From Octopus bimaculoides (Eukaryota): DNA of 45,518 nt. The translations under genes and the position numbers were made by a program. Of the stretch, positions 11,278 through 23,317 are shown in pieces. The notes under the pieces were generated by a model that saw only the letters and a program-made list of their open reading frames with translations, ran no database searches and had not been told where the DNA came from. Numbering within the stretch: position 1 is the first letter of the stretch; every line of letters starts with the position of its first letter. The DNA lies in NCBI RefSeq assembly GCF_001194135.2, contig NC_068990.1, positions 41,225,223 to 41,270,740 of the forward strand, given 5' to 3'.

Positions 11278-13299
11278 ACAACACACACATGCACACAACA
11301 CACACACGCACATATATAAATACCCGTTTAATCTTCACTATAGGAAACAAGTGAAGTCAATATCGTAATAGGGATTAATAACATATTCTATCGTGATTGA
11401 GTTGGTCTCTTTCTGGTCTGAATTTCTCATGTGGGCAAATAGGGCCTTCGGGGGAAACGCAGTTTAGGAAGAGACTGGTTGGACCAAACTAACGTATGCG
11501 TGCACGCGCGCGTGTGTATCAATCTATATACATATGTATATATATTTTACTACAGATTTCCATCCATATTCTCCATTTATCGAGTCACCCATGATCTTTG
11601 TTCATCTTGTTCCCCAATAACCGTTCTTCTTCATTCGCAGGTCAGTTTTTCATCAGGAGACATAGTAAGAAAGATCTTCCTTTCACGACCACAGAGTTCG
11701 TATTTTTTCTCTGTTTGTTATTTTTGTTGTTGCTGTTGTTATTTAACCTTAGGTCAGACTTGATCCTGCAGATTTGGCTCCTCTATTATTTTGTTTATTC
11801 AGTGTACTACTGTATGAGACCTTTTGCCATTATCGTCGTTTTAGCCATCATCGATTCAGATCGAGCAGACATAATCTGAAAGAGAATCCAACCATGACGA
11901 TAACGTCTTTTTAGGGTTTTCTCAGGTTTCCATAATCGAATGTGTTCCTTTTCTTAGGTCGTGGAATGTGGTTTGAGAGAGATTTGGTTACTATTTTCAG
12001 CATATTCATCTACCATACCAATACTTCCTCACTGGGTCTGGGTGTGTTTATTTGTGATTAAACTTTCTTTTCTTTTTATTTCTTTTATCTTTTTTTCTTC
12101 CAGTTCTAAATCGAACATCTTGGGAACGATGATGTTTCTGTTTCTCTTTTATTTTCCTTTCATCTTTGGCTGTTGACTAACTTTTCCTTTCGGAAATCAG
12201 AAAATATATTCATAATAACCGATCGTTTTGTTACCTTTCTTTAGCTTCAAGTTAATCCAGGTTCAGCAGGGCTATACTCAAAGTTGCTCTAGTTGACACT
12301 ACCACACCTTTCTTTAAAGCTGCTGCGTACACCTGCGTTTGTGTATTGTAAACAGTTCATTTCAACCCTGTATTATTACACAGAGTACACTAAACACATA
12401 TTGAAAACGACACTGGTTGAGAATGTAGAAGATACGACAGTAGGTACTTTGGTTGCTATTTCTAACTGCTTGAGTGACCACATAGATGCATCATTAGTTT
12501 AGAGGTATGGTCAATTTAATCTGCAAATGATGCAAAGTGTCATTTAATTTTATAAAGACGATAGGATGTGATTTAGGAAGGAATTGCTTGCTACTGGTCT
12601 CGCTCGTTGACTCAATTAGTATTAATTTTGATTATTTACTCGCGTATGCGAAGTCAGTCAATAGCAGATAGATGTCTAAATCGCAGTATCGGACGCAACA
12701 GAATATTAGTGATGAGTTCAAGTCTTATATGAATATACTGTGCTTCTTATCATTCAAGAGTTTTTACAATAAAGACCTGTTGAACTTAGCGTAAAGGTTT
12801 GGCCAATCAGTCGTTGAGCTCATGGAGAGATAAGGAGAGAGGGTGAGACTGAGAGAGAGAGAGAAAGAGAGAGAGAGACAACAAGAGGGGACATAAGTCA
12901 ATTAAAATTTATTTCCAGGCCAGCTGGAGCATCGTTGTAGACCAAACCATTATTATTTTTAATATGCTTTTAAATATATTATATTTAATAATACCTAATT
13001 AGAATAAAAGCTGTTTGTATACGTATCTTCAGATGTGCACATTAAACATACACATGTATAAATACTACTAAACACACACGCATTCATATAGATCCATGTA
13101 TTTAAAAGCATACAGTCATACATGTATATAGATATACTGTGTTTATATACGTGCACACATTTTCTTACGTATGCATATACGTATAGCCATCATTCTGAAG
13201 GGAGTATGATATTGCAGTTTGTAATAAGTTTACGGTAATTGTTTTAGAGTAATTCGTATATAATATACAGTTGCAACCGCGCAGCGAATCCCCGCCCTT

Positions 13300-13510
13300 G
13301 AACCAGCGGTGAAACGTCAAATATGCGATTGCTGGAGGAAGGGAGCCTGCAACAGTACGTGGCTAGTACTCTTTGACAACTAAGAAAACTAGAGCAAAAC
13401 GAAACAACATGTCTTGCTCAGGGATACAATTCGCGGCCTGATCCAGAAATCGAACGCACAGCCTTATGATGAGGGGTCCTAGCACCCTTACCACTAGGTC
13501 ATACGCCTTC
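13300..13510 (-). mobile_element. CORE-like tRNA SINE (family C2), degraded
   Basis: Minus strand: gaaggcgtatgacctagtggtaaggg ... gttcgatttc ... tatccctgagcaagacatg ... gctctagttttcttagttgtcaaagagtac, i.e. A/B boxes then a CORE-like tccttgagcaagacac...cagctg...gagtac. Confidence 0.7.
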
Positions 13511-13737
13511 ACAACATGTATGTACAGACATATTTCTTGAATCAGATCCGTATATATGCGAAGCTAAGTGGACACACACACTTGTACACAGACGAAAGCA
13601 CAAACATGTATGTGAGTGCGTACGTGCATGTATGTCTGTGTGCATGCATGTATGTGTGTATGAGAGGGGAGGGGAATTTAGAAAAAATAAGCTGTATGAG
13701 ATAGACAGTAAGACAGACAGCGGATAGACAGAGAAAC

Positions 13738-13802
<65 letters not shown>

Positions 13803-14929
13803 GATAGACAGATAGACGGCATAGACAAGTGAATTAGTAAGACGAAGTAACTAAGTAGGAGGGAAATTGGTCCATGCCATTTATTATATTTGTTTTTCTT
13901 TCTTTTTTTTTTCATTATTCCTGCAAGCAGGTCATATATATCTGTCGGGAAATGAAATTTTTTTCTAATTGGCTATCATCACAAGATTAAATTCGATAGG
14001 AAAAATTATTGATTTCAGCTCTGATTCCAGCATATTTCAGAAGTCTCTTTTCAAGAGAATTATTTTAAGTTGTTTTGAATCCTATATTCATATCTATAAA
14101 TAATGTATCTATATACCTATATACGCCACAACCACATCACCACTTTACTTCTCTAGTATCCTTCTACCTACAGTACCACCTAGCTAGCTACTAACCACCA
14201 CCCAAACTACTTACTTACCGACTTATTTTACCTACTATCTACTTACTTACATATATACGTGTTTTTAGCTGCCATTTTCTTTAAGTATGTCTATGTATGT
14301 TAGTACATGTGTATGTGCGTGCGTATATANNNNNNNNNNNNNNNNNNNNNNNNNNNNNNNNNNNNNNNNNNNNNNNNNNNNNNNNNNNNNNNNNNNNNNN
14401 NNNNNNNNNNNNNNNNNNNNNNNNNNNNNNNNNNNNNNNNNNNNNNNNNNNNNNNNNNNNNNNNNNNNNNNNNNNNNNNNNNNNNNNNNNNNNNNNNNNN
14501 NNNNNNNNNNNNNNNNNNNNNNNNNNNNNNNNNNNNNNNNNNNNNNNNNNNNNNNNNNNNNNNNNNNNNNNNNNNNNNNNNNNNNNNNNNNNNNTATATG
14601 CACGTTTAGATGTACGTACTATGCATGTTCGTACAATGTATATATGCATGCATGTATGTATGTATATATGTATGTGTGTATGTATGTATGCATGCATGCA
14701 TGCATGCATATAACTTGATGTAGCTGTTTGTGATAGAAAAGAATAATTATGTATGTACTTATGTATTTATGTTTGTGCGTAGACATATCACTGTATGTGT
14801 CTATACATGTGTGTGTATGTATGGCTTATGCACATATAAGTGTTTGTATAAAGTTAATGAAAGAACAAGGAAACCTAGAATAAAACCAACAGAGTAAGTT
14901 ACCGATCAAAATTATGAGTTTCATACCCA

Positions 14930-14990
14930 AGAAACGGAAAAAAATAACGATGACGTTTCGGACATTTTCCCTTCATCGGAATAAAGCATA
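14930..14990 (-). mobile_element. Probable Penelope-like terminal (pLTR) fragment with a degenerate hammerhead-like core
   Basis: Minus strand CCGATGA-A-GGG-AAAATG-TCC-GAAAC-GTC. Same layout as 30423-30459, but stem I is missing. Confidence 0.4.
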
Positions 14991-15859
14991 AAGAGAAAGA
15001 CGAGAAAATATAGAATTGGGAATAATCAAAGCGAAATTGACTGAGTTAAGCCTGTCTACGTATAAGCATGTAAGTTCATGTGTATATGTATATACTAATA
15101 TATAAATTTACGCACACACACGCACGCACGCACGCACGCACACATACACACACACACACACACATACACACACAAACACACAGAAAAACCGTCTAAGGGG
15201 TAAAAATCCATTTTACTACCAGTATACTTACCTATGTTAACCTGAGCGTACATATGCACACATGTTATGCTTATAGGATACAGGCAATGACAAAAATAAA
15301 CATGAGTTTATCAGGAATCAAATTTAAATTAAGCAGAAAATGGAGAAATCTTGATCACCGTTTCTGCTTCCAGTGTTCGACGGTGTTACCATTGAAAATT
15401 CCAAGAATAATATTCGTCATATTTTGTAACACATCCGATCTGGAACGTGGAGCTTCATCAGAGTAAAGAAAAATGCATAAAAGAAAAGAAAAGATGAAGA
15501 GCCTCGAGAAGTGGAATGAAGGCTTAATATATTTAAATCATACCATTTTGCAGTGTAGCGCTTCAGGACATTGAGTAAATGACTACACTAGAAATATTAT
15601 TTGGCATGTTACTCTTTCTTTAGGGGTAACAGTGTGTAAAAATAATAAAAAGTAAAATAAATATTTTACCATAACGGGATATGCCAGTATGTCTAGAAAA
15701 AGAGGGAGTGATAGTGCCATTACGTTTAGAAGTAATCATAATAGTTCTTAAGATTATGTTAATTGTACTAATTAATAGCTTATCCTAATAAAATGCCCAT
15801 CTATTAATTACAATTATTTACTTACTGCAATATTGTAAACACCAATCACCTATTACCTG

Positions 15860-16118
15860 TAACGGGCAATAGCCTGCTCGTGAAATTAACTTGCAATTGG
15901 TTGAGAAATCCACAGACACGTGCAGCCTTTACGCAGTTCTCAAGCAGATTCAGCTTGACGCAGAATGTCACAAGGCAGGCCCTTTGAAATACAGGTACTA
16001 CTCATATTTGACAGCTGAGTGGACTGAAGCAACGTGAAATAAAGTGTCTTACTCAAGGACACAACGCGTCACCGGGAATTGAACTCTCGACCTTACGATC
16101 GTGCGTCGAATATCCTAA
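15860..16118 (-). mobile_element. CORE-containing tRNA SINE (family C2, OR-like)
   Basis: Minus strand: gagttcaattcccgg (B box), gtgtccttgagtaagacactttatttcacgttgcttcagtccactcagctg...gagtagtacc (CORE-like), then the tail shared with 7430-7555. Confidence 0.85.
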
Positions 16119-16246
16119 ATAAACATTATGCCATATATGTATGTATATATAAATATATATATAAATTTGTATATATTTATATATATAAACACACAGTTAT
16201 ACAAACACTTACGAGTAGATATACACGTAATTATTTGTGTGCATTC

Positions 16247-16292
<46 letters not shown>

Positions 16293-16341
16293 TTATTTTA
16301 TTTAAAAGAGTTCAGAGTTGGAACTCTTTTAAATAAAATAA
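16293..16341. repeat. Perfect 21-bp inverted repeat with a 7-nt loop
   Basis: TTATTTTATTTAAAAGAGTTC-agagttg-GAACTCTTTTAAATAAAATAA. Confidence 0.95.
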
Positions 16342-17320
16342 TATATTCCTCTATACNNNNNNNNNNNNNNNNNNNNNNNNNNNNNNNNNNNNNNNNNNNN
16401 NNNNNNNNNNNNNNNNNNNNNNNNNNNNNNNNNNNNNNNNNNNNNNNNNNNNNNNNNNNNNNNNNNNNNNNNNNNNNNNNNNNNNNNNNNNNNNNNNNNN
16501 NNNNNNNNNNNNNNNNNNNNNNNNNNNNNNNNNNNNNNNNNNNNNNNNNNNNNNNNNNNNNNNNNNNNNNNNNNNNNNNNNNNNNNNNNNNNNNNNNNNN
16601 NNNNNNNNNNNNNNNNNNNNNNNNNNNNNNNNNNNNNNNNNNNNNNNNNNNNNNNNNNNNNNNNNNNNNNNNNNNNNNNNNNNNNNNNNNNNNNNNNNNN
16701 NNNNNNNNNNNNNNNNNNNNNNNNNNNNNNNNNNNNNNNNNNNNNNNNNNNNNNNNNNNNNNNNNNNNNNNNNNNNNNNNNNNNNNNNNNNNNNNNNNNN
16801 NNNNNNNNNNNNNNNNNNNNNNNNNNNNNNNNNNNNNNNNNNNNNNNNNNNNNNNNNNNNNNNNNNNNNNNNNNNNNNNNNNNNNNNNNNNNNNNNNNNN
16901 NNNNNNNNNNNNNNNNNNNNNNNNNNNNNNNNNNNNNNNNNNNNNNNNNNNNNNNNNNNNNNNNNNNNNNNNNNNNNNNNNNNNNNNNNNNNNNNNNNNN
17001 NNNNNNNNNNNNNNNNNNNNNNNNNNNNNNNNNNNNNNNNNNNNNNNNNNNNNNNNNNNNNNNNNNNNNNNNNNNNNNNNNNNNNNNNNNNNNNNNNNNN
17101 NNNNNNNNNNNNNNNNNNNNNNNNNNNNNNNNNNNNNNNNNNNNNNNNNNNNNNNNNNNNNNNNNNNNNNNNNNNNNNNNNNNNNNNNNNNNNNNNNNNN
17201 NNNNNNNNNNNNNNNNNNNNNNNNNNNNNNNNNNNNNNNNNNNNNNNNNNNNNNNNNNNNNNNNNNNNNNNNNNNNNNNNNNNNNNNNNNNNNNNNNNNN
17301 NNNNNNNNNNNNNNNNNNNN

Positions 17321-17375
<55 letters not shown>

Positions 17376-18154
17376 ATGTATACACATACATATATGCACG
17401 TACTCACATACACCCATATAGAATACAAGAACTTACGCAGAGCTAAGTTGCAGATGAATTTCCGGAGATGCAAACGAGAACATTGTGGAGGTTAAAAGTT
17501 CAATGAAAATAGATATACGTTTATATCTAATATGGAAAAGAGAGTGATAGAGTAAGAGTACGGGAGAGAGAAGGAAAGAGAGGAAGAAGAGAGAAAAGGT
17601 TTGCGAGGAATAGAAACAGAGAAGATAGAGAGAGGAAGAGAGAGAGTGAGGGGGGGAGAGAAAGAAATAGAGAGAGAGAGGGAGAGAGAGAGAGATAGAG
17701 AGAGATAGAGAAACTGTGTGAGTGTAATAGGAACCGTGATTGCCCCTACATATGGAGGTTCGCTTCCCACCAGCAGGTTAGTCATTCTCCTGGGACTTCG
17801 AGTTGGGATTTTAAGAGATATAATTATTAATATCGTTACAATTAAAATATTAACTGTTGGTTCATAACACGCTTAAACACACATAGACATGCACACTAAT
17901 ACATTCACACACACACACGCACATGTATACATGCACACACACATATATATATATAGGTACATATATACTCTTACATGTACGCGTACACACGTAAACACAC
18001 TCTGGAATATGTAGATAAATACTCTCATATATACAACCACTAACACACACATACGCGTGTGCACACGCACACACACACACACATGCACAGGCATCTGTGT
18101 GTAGAGAGACTTACAGCAGTTGTTATGATACTTGACCTACACATAATGCGCACT

Positions 18155-18186
<32 letters not shown>

Positions 18187-18768
18187 CACACAAACACTCA
18201 CAGCTAAATACGTATTCCCATAGAAAGGCAGACATACTGACACATATAGAAGGCCGACTAACAGACAGACAGGAGTGGTCAGAGTATTTCCTGTCCCAGA
18301 AGCAACGCCGTTAATCCGATCAGAGTGGATCCATATTGAGGTCAGCAGATTAGTGTGATTATGAGGACGAAGGATCGATAATTTAATGAAATAGAGAAAA
18401 TAATGTGGGGGGGGGGCTGATTATAACAACAGCAACAGCAACAACAACTACTACTACTACTACTGAAATCACCACTGTTGCTGCTGTTGCCGGTATCGAT
18501 GCTAAAAGTATTAGTAGCAATAGTTGTTTTTTTTTGTGAACGGAAAGAAGAGCAACAGGAGAAGTAATAATAATAAAAACAACATTAAAAATAATAACAC
18601 CAACTGCAACAGTTAATTACAGCAACAAAACTCCAACCACCGCTACCACGACGACCACCACACCTACTACTATTACCACCACCAACAACAACAACAACAA
18701 CGACGACAACTAGGCCAACAGTAACACCAACAAGAGCAAAGCTTCTAAAAGTTCGTTCGACCTTCCAG

Positions 18769-18807
18769 AAATATATCATAGCAATACTGCATACGTCTTA
18801 CTTTGAA
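18769..18807 (+). CDS. Candidate 39-nt internal exon (KYIIAILHTSYFE), gene unknown
   Basis: Acceptor ttcgaccttccag and donor GAA|gtgagt. Only phase 0 is open and the exon is symmetric. No homology was recognised. Confidence 0.25.
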
Positions 18808-19001
18808 GTGAGTTTCTTTATATATAACATGGTGATAATTCCTACCATGGTAAATGCCATTGTGGTGCCTCTACTGAAATTATTGTTAATAAATAGAGTA
18901 TTTCCACTGCTGGAATTGGAATGAAGTCTTTTAAATATTTATTGCAATCGCGTCAGAACGTACTAAAAAATATCGATTATACTTTTTTGCAATCAATTTG
19001 T

Positions 19002-19035
<34 letters not shown>

Positions 19036-19036
19036 T

Positions 19037-19070
<34 letters not shown>

Positions 19071-19084
19071 TATANNNNNNNNNN

Positions 19085-19131
<47 letters not shown>

Positions 19132-20160
19132 ATGTGTGTGAGTATGTATATATCCATACATAAATATATGCGCATTCATGCATACATACATACATACACA
19201 CATACATATATATATACATGCATACATACATACACACATACATACATACATACATATGCATGTGTGTGTGTGTGTGCGTGTGTGTGTGTGTGTGTATGTG
19301 TGAATGGCTAGATAGCTAGAAGAAAATAAAATAGCTAAATTTCTTTATTTGCTGCATTTACAAATATGTGGCGATATATTACGATATAGAAAACTGAATG
19401 TGGTTTCTGATACATTGAAGCAGTACAAAATGTGTGATATGAGAGTAAAATTGTGTATCCATTAACTTCACTAAGAAAATGAACCAAATTTCTCTAAGCA
19501 ATTTTTTTGGCGTCAAAGAAGTCAGGTATAGATTCCTAACAGAGGGATGTTCATATTCAGCTTCTAGTTTGGGGATATTGTCAGCTCACAAAGGGACTGC
19601 AAATGTCAAAGAGATTTTGCTTAGAAGTGTATATTGTTCTATGCAAAAACAAAATTAGAAATAAAATATTAATACCAAGGTAAATGTTTATAGTTTAAAC
19701 ACTTTCAAACAGCAAAATTCTTGTCAAGATTAAACATGAATAGGAAGTATTATGAATGAGCAGAAAATAGACTGATGGCATACCAAAGAAAGACCGTGAT
19801 AATTTCGTTATATGAGACTTCATCTTCAGTAATTTCTTATTCTAAAAAACAACAAAAATGCACGCTCGATGAAATAGTATAAGTCAATAAACCAGTGAGT
19901 AAAATTAACTTGTGTTTGATTAAAATAAGCAGCGCGGGATTTTTTGGGTGGTGGAGAGCAAAGTATGGAAAGGAGGCATTTGTAAAACATCCTAATACAT
20001 TGAAAAGAATTATGTGGACTTGTGTGTGCGTTTAAGTTTCCCGCTGTAAGGTATTCCAAGATACAACAGATATTTTCAACTTGATGCAAACGTGGTAAAA
20101 AGCTTTTATTCTCAGCCACTTGCACGCGCGCGCGCGCGCGCGTATATGTACATATATATA

Positions 20161-20540
20161 TTCTTTTATTCTTTTATTTGTTTGTCATTTAACTTCAGCC
20201 ATGCTGGAGCACCACCTTCAGTTGAATACATCGATCCAAGGACTTACTCTTTGTAAGCCTAGCACTTATTCTATCGGTCTTTTTCGCCGAACCGCTAAGT
20301 TGCGGAGTGCATAAACACATCAACATCGGTGATCAAGCGGTGGTGGAAGAATAAACATAGACACACAAACATATACACATATATACGACGGGCTTCTTTT
20401 AGTTTCCGTCTACTAAATACGTTCAAAAGGCTTCGGTCGGCCCGAAGCTATAGTAGGAGTCACTTGCCCAAGTGGGACTGGACCCGGAACCATATGGTTG
20501 GAAAGCAAGCTACTAACACACACACACATCCACTCCTGCG

Positions 20541-20542
<2 letters not shown>
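20161..20542 (-). mobile_element. SINE family A, near full length with small internal deletions
   Basis: Head ggcgcaggagtggatgtgtg..., atagcttcgggccgaccgaagcc body, gaagcccgtcgtatat internal microsatellite and 3' half are all present. Confidence 0.9.
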
Positions 20543-20579
<37 letters not shown>

Positions 20580-20644
20580 NNNNNNNNNNAGAGTGAGAGA
20601 GAGAGGGAGAGAGAGAGGGAGAGAGGGAGGGAGAGACAGACAGT

Positions 20645-20680
<36 letters not shown>

Positions 20681-20923
20681 CGTCTATGTTAATATATGTA
20701 TATCTGTTAATTTGTCTACCTAACAATCTCTATTTGTCTCTGCACATTCACACACACACATGCACACACACATACATACACACATACATACATATGTACA
20801 TACACACACACACATCACATACACACACACATCACATACACACATACATCACATACACACACACATCACATACACACAGAAACACATCACATACACACAC
20901 GCACACACACACACGCATATATA

Positions 20924-21158
20924 CAGGGTGGCCCAAAAGTAGGTTTGCAGTTATTCAACTATCTCTTTCTCATTTATATATTAACAGTTTAGACTTTAAT
21001 TATAAAAACATATGAAACCATTGTTATATGCTAATTAAGTTAATTGTGTCAAGCTCTCTTTTCAGTTTGCAAAATAGAAATTTAAATGTAATAAATTGTT
21101 TTAAAATAAATTCAAAGAGCATACGTCATAACTGTAAACCTACTTTTGGGCCGGCCAG
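20924..21158. mobile_element. Tc1/mariner-type MITE, 235 bp
   Basis: 30-bp TIRs CAGGGTGGCCCAAAAGTAGGTTTGCAGTTA and reverse complement CTGGCCGGCCCAAAAGTAGGTTTACAGTTA (26/30 match). TA on both sides, AT-rich non-coding interior. Confidence 0.92.
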
Positions 21159-21223
21159 TATATATACATATGTATATATATGAGTGTGTGTATGCGCGCG
21201 TGTGTGTGTGTGTGTGTTTATAT

Positions 21224-21383
21224 ATTCGGCGGGCTTCTCTCTGTTTCCGTCTACTAAATACACGCACACGGCTTTTGTCGACTCGGAACTATAGCAGAAG
21301 ACATTTGCCCAAGGTGCCCCACAGTGGGACTGAATTCTGAACCGTGTTATAGAAAAGTAAACGTGTTAATCACATAGCCACGG
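21224..21383 (-). mobile_element. SINE family A, 5' half
   Basis: cggcgggcttctctctgtttccgtctac...gaagacatttgcccaaggtgccccacagtgggactgaa...cacatagccac. Confidence 0.85.
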
Positions 21384-21458
21384 TTTTCGATAAAAAAAAA
21401 ATGTTTGAAGCGTTATGGCAATTAGCGATTTCTGTTACATTGATTACCAAGCTAATAA

Positions 21459-21678
21459 TATCCTTTTCTACTCTAAGCACAAGGCCCGAAATTTTGGGGG
21501 AGGGGGCCAGTCGATTAGATGGACCCCAGGACGTAATTGGTACGTAATTTATCGACCTGAAAAGGATGAACAGCAAAGTCGACCTCGGTGGAATTTGATC
21601 TCAGAATGTAAAGACAGACGAAATATCGCTAAGCAGTTCGCCCGGCGTGCTAACGATTCTGCCAGCACGCCGTTTTAT
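21459..21678 (-). mobile_element. SINE family B with an 11-bp target-site duplication
   Basis: Full family B body flanked by CAAGCTAATAA at 21448-21458 and 21679-21689. Confidence 0.9.
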
Positions 21679-22194
21679 CAAGCTAATAACATCGATTCTG
21701 AACTTACCTCGCCTTGTTCATCTTTTGTTCTTCGGTATGGATGAACGTACGCATGCATGACATGTTTGTCTGTCTGTCTGTATGTATGTATCATGCATGC
21801 AGTTAATCTATTAATAAGTTTATGTGGATAATTATAAACATATATGAAGGTAAACTAAATATATTAACTGATGCTATGAAATTTTCTCAAATTTAAACGA
21901 TGGCTGTTATGTTCTCTGTGGACAGAAAAAACCGGAGTAGTTGACTTGACCTAGTTTAGAATTTTCGAATCAAGTTGGATTTAATGATTCATTGACAAAA
22001 GTCACGTGCTCACGTCTTTCAAATACGGAATACATATATAAATATTAGCTGCTTATAGTCACTAAATGTAGAAGTGTCTGTAAAACAGTTGGACTGATTT
22101 ACATAATTTAATGCATGGCTGGCAGCCAATTTAATTAGTTGTTGCTGTATTAAACAGCGTGTTTGGATAATGTTAAATGAGATTTAACAAGAAA

Positions 22195-22223
22195 TTATTA
22201 TTATTGTTGTTGTTGCTGTTGTG

Positions 22224-22300
<77 letters not shown>

Positions 22301-22315
22301 CATCATTATTATTAT
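22195..22315. repeat. (TTA)n microsatellite
   Basis: Read directly. It gives the spurious poly-Leu ORF 22177-22497. Confidence 0.97.
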
Positions 22316-22470
22316 TTAGAATTGTTTTATCACGTGCTTTCACTGTACTGCTGAGCGCAGTTCTGTGTGTCTTGGGTATGTACTGTGGTTTGTTGCGGTG
22401 TTCTTATTTTCACTGTATTGAAAGTGTTTTACGTAGGATGAGCGCGGTGCCTAGTAGTCATATTTTCTGT
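22316..22470 (-). mobile_element. 3' end of a Dong/R4-like LINE (family Dong-B), 5'-truncated
   Basis: Minus strand cagaaaatatgactactaggcaccgcgctcatcctacgtaaaacactttcaatacagtga (LLGTALILRKTLSIQ*) plus 3' UTR, homologous to 29750-29915 and ending in (AAT)n. Confidence 0.88.
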
Positions 22471-22496
22471 TGTTATTATTATTATTATTATTATTA

Positions 22497-22628
22497 GGGT
22501 GATGAGCTGGCATAATCCTTAGAACGCCTGGCAAAATGCTTAGCAAGTACCAGTTGTACATTGCGGTCGATGTAATCGACTTATCCCGTCCCCGAAATTG
22601 CTGGCCTTGTGTCAAAATTTGAAATCAA
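22497..22628 (+). mobile_element. SINE family B, internally deleted
   Basis: gatgagctggcataatccttag...aaatgcttagc joins directly to aagtaccag...gtcgatgtaatcgac...ggccttgtgtc. The B-box region is missing. Confidence 0.8.
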
Positions 22629-22689
22629 CATTAATATTGTTATTATTATCATCCATCATCATCGTTATTATTATTATTATTGAGAAAAA

Positions 22690-23070
22690 TGCGTAACGTC
22701 GACAACCCGTCTGATAAGGGTACACCAGGTACACGTACCACAACCAAATGTGCGTGACATGATGACTTTATATCAAGATGTACAGCGCATGACCTTGCAA
22801 TTGGGACTTAGTTAAAATTTTCTTCAGGTTGAATAGCTCGAAACACCTATGTTTCCAGAGTGAATTATTCAAATCTCAAAGAATTCCTCTCAACACATGG
22901 CTATGATCCTCCACCATTATTCCTGCTCGTGATCAGAGATAAACATATTACCAGCCACCAAGGGACATGTTCAACTGGTTTAGGTAAAAAAAAGTGACAA
23001 ATAAATTTGTGGTATTGAGCAGAAATTTGCTCTAGCCCAACTTTTTATATCAAGAAAAAACATGTATTAT
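22690..23070. mobile_element. Unclassified interspersed repeat (tentative)
   Basis: Resembles an abundant octopus repeat I recall (gggtacaccagg...ctctcaacacatggctatgat...gtggtattgagcag). There is no second copy in the window, so it cannot be verified here. Confidence 0.3.
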
Positions 23071-23077
23071 TTCGTAC

Positions 23078-23230
23078 ATCTTCATGTTGTGGGTTCAAAT
23101 TCTGCTGAGGTCGATTGTGCCGTTCATCCTTTTGGGGTCGATAAAATAAGTCCCAGTTGAACACTGGGGTCGATGTATTAGAGTCATCCCCTCCCCTAAA
23201 ATTACTGCCCTTGTGACAAAATTCTAAACC
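23078..23230 (+). mobile_element. SINE family B, 5'-truncated
   Basis: gggttcaaattctgctgaggtcgattgtgccgttcatccttttggggtcgataaaataagtcccag...gcccttgtgac. Confidence 0.85.
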
Positions 23231-23248
23231 ATTGTTATATACAAACAT

Positions 23249-23317
<69 letters not shown>

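Noticed and set aside
11641-11700. Good acceptor (ttcttcattcgcag) followed by a short open segment (GQFFIRRHSKKDLPF...)
   Set aside because: The donor is ambiguous, there is no recognisable homology, and it lies next to degraded SINE D fragments.
15390-15439. Minus-strand 50-nt candidate exon (IGCVTKYDEYYSWNFQ)
   Set aside because: It is isolated with no compatible neighbours. A nearby CTGATGA also lacks a downstream GAAA and stem II, so it is not a hammerhead.
19300-20110. About 800 bp of unique-looking AT-rich sequence, suspected decayed transposase
   Set aside because: I could not assign any convincing protein motif in the frames examined.
20120-20143. (CG)n run able to form Z-DNA
   Set aside because: It is short, and alternating purine-pyrimidine runs are ubiquitous in this window, so it is not distinctive.
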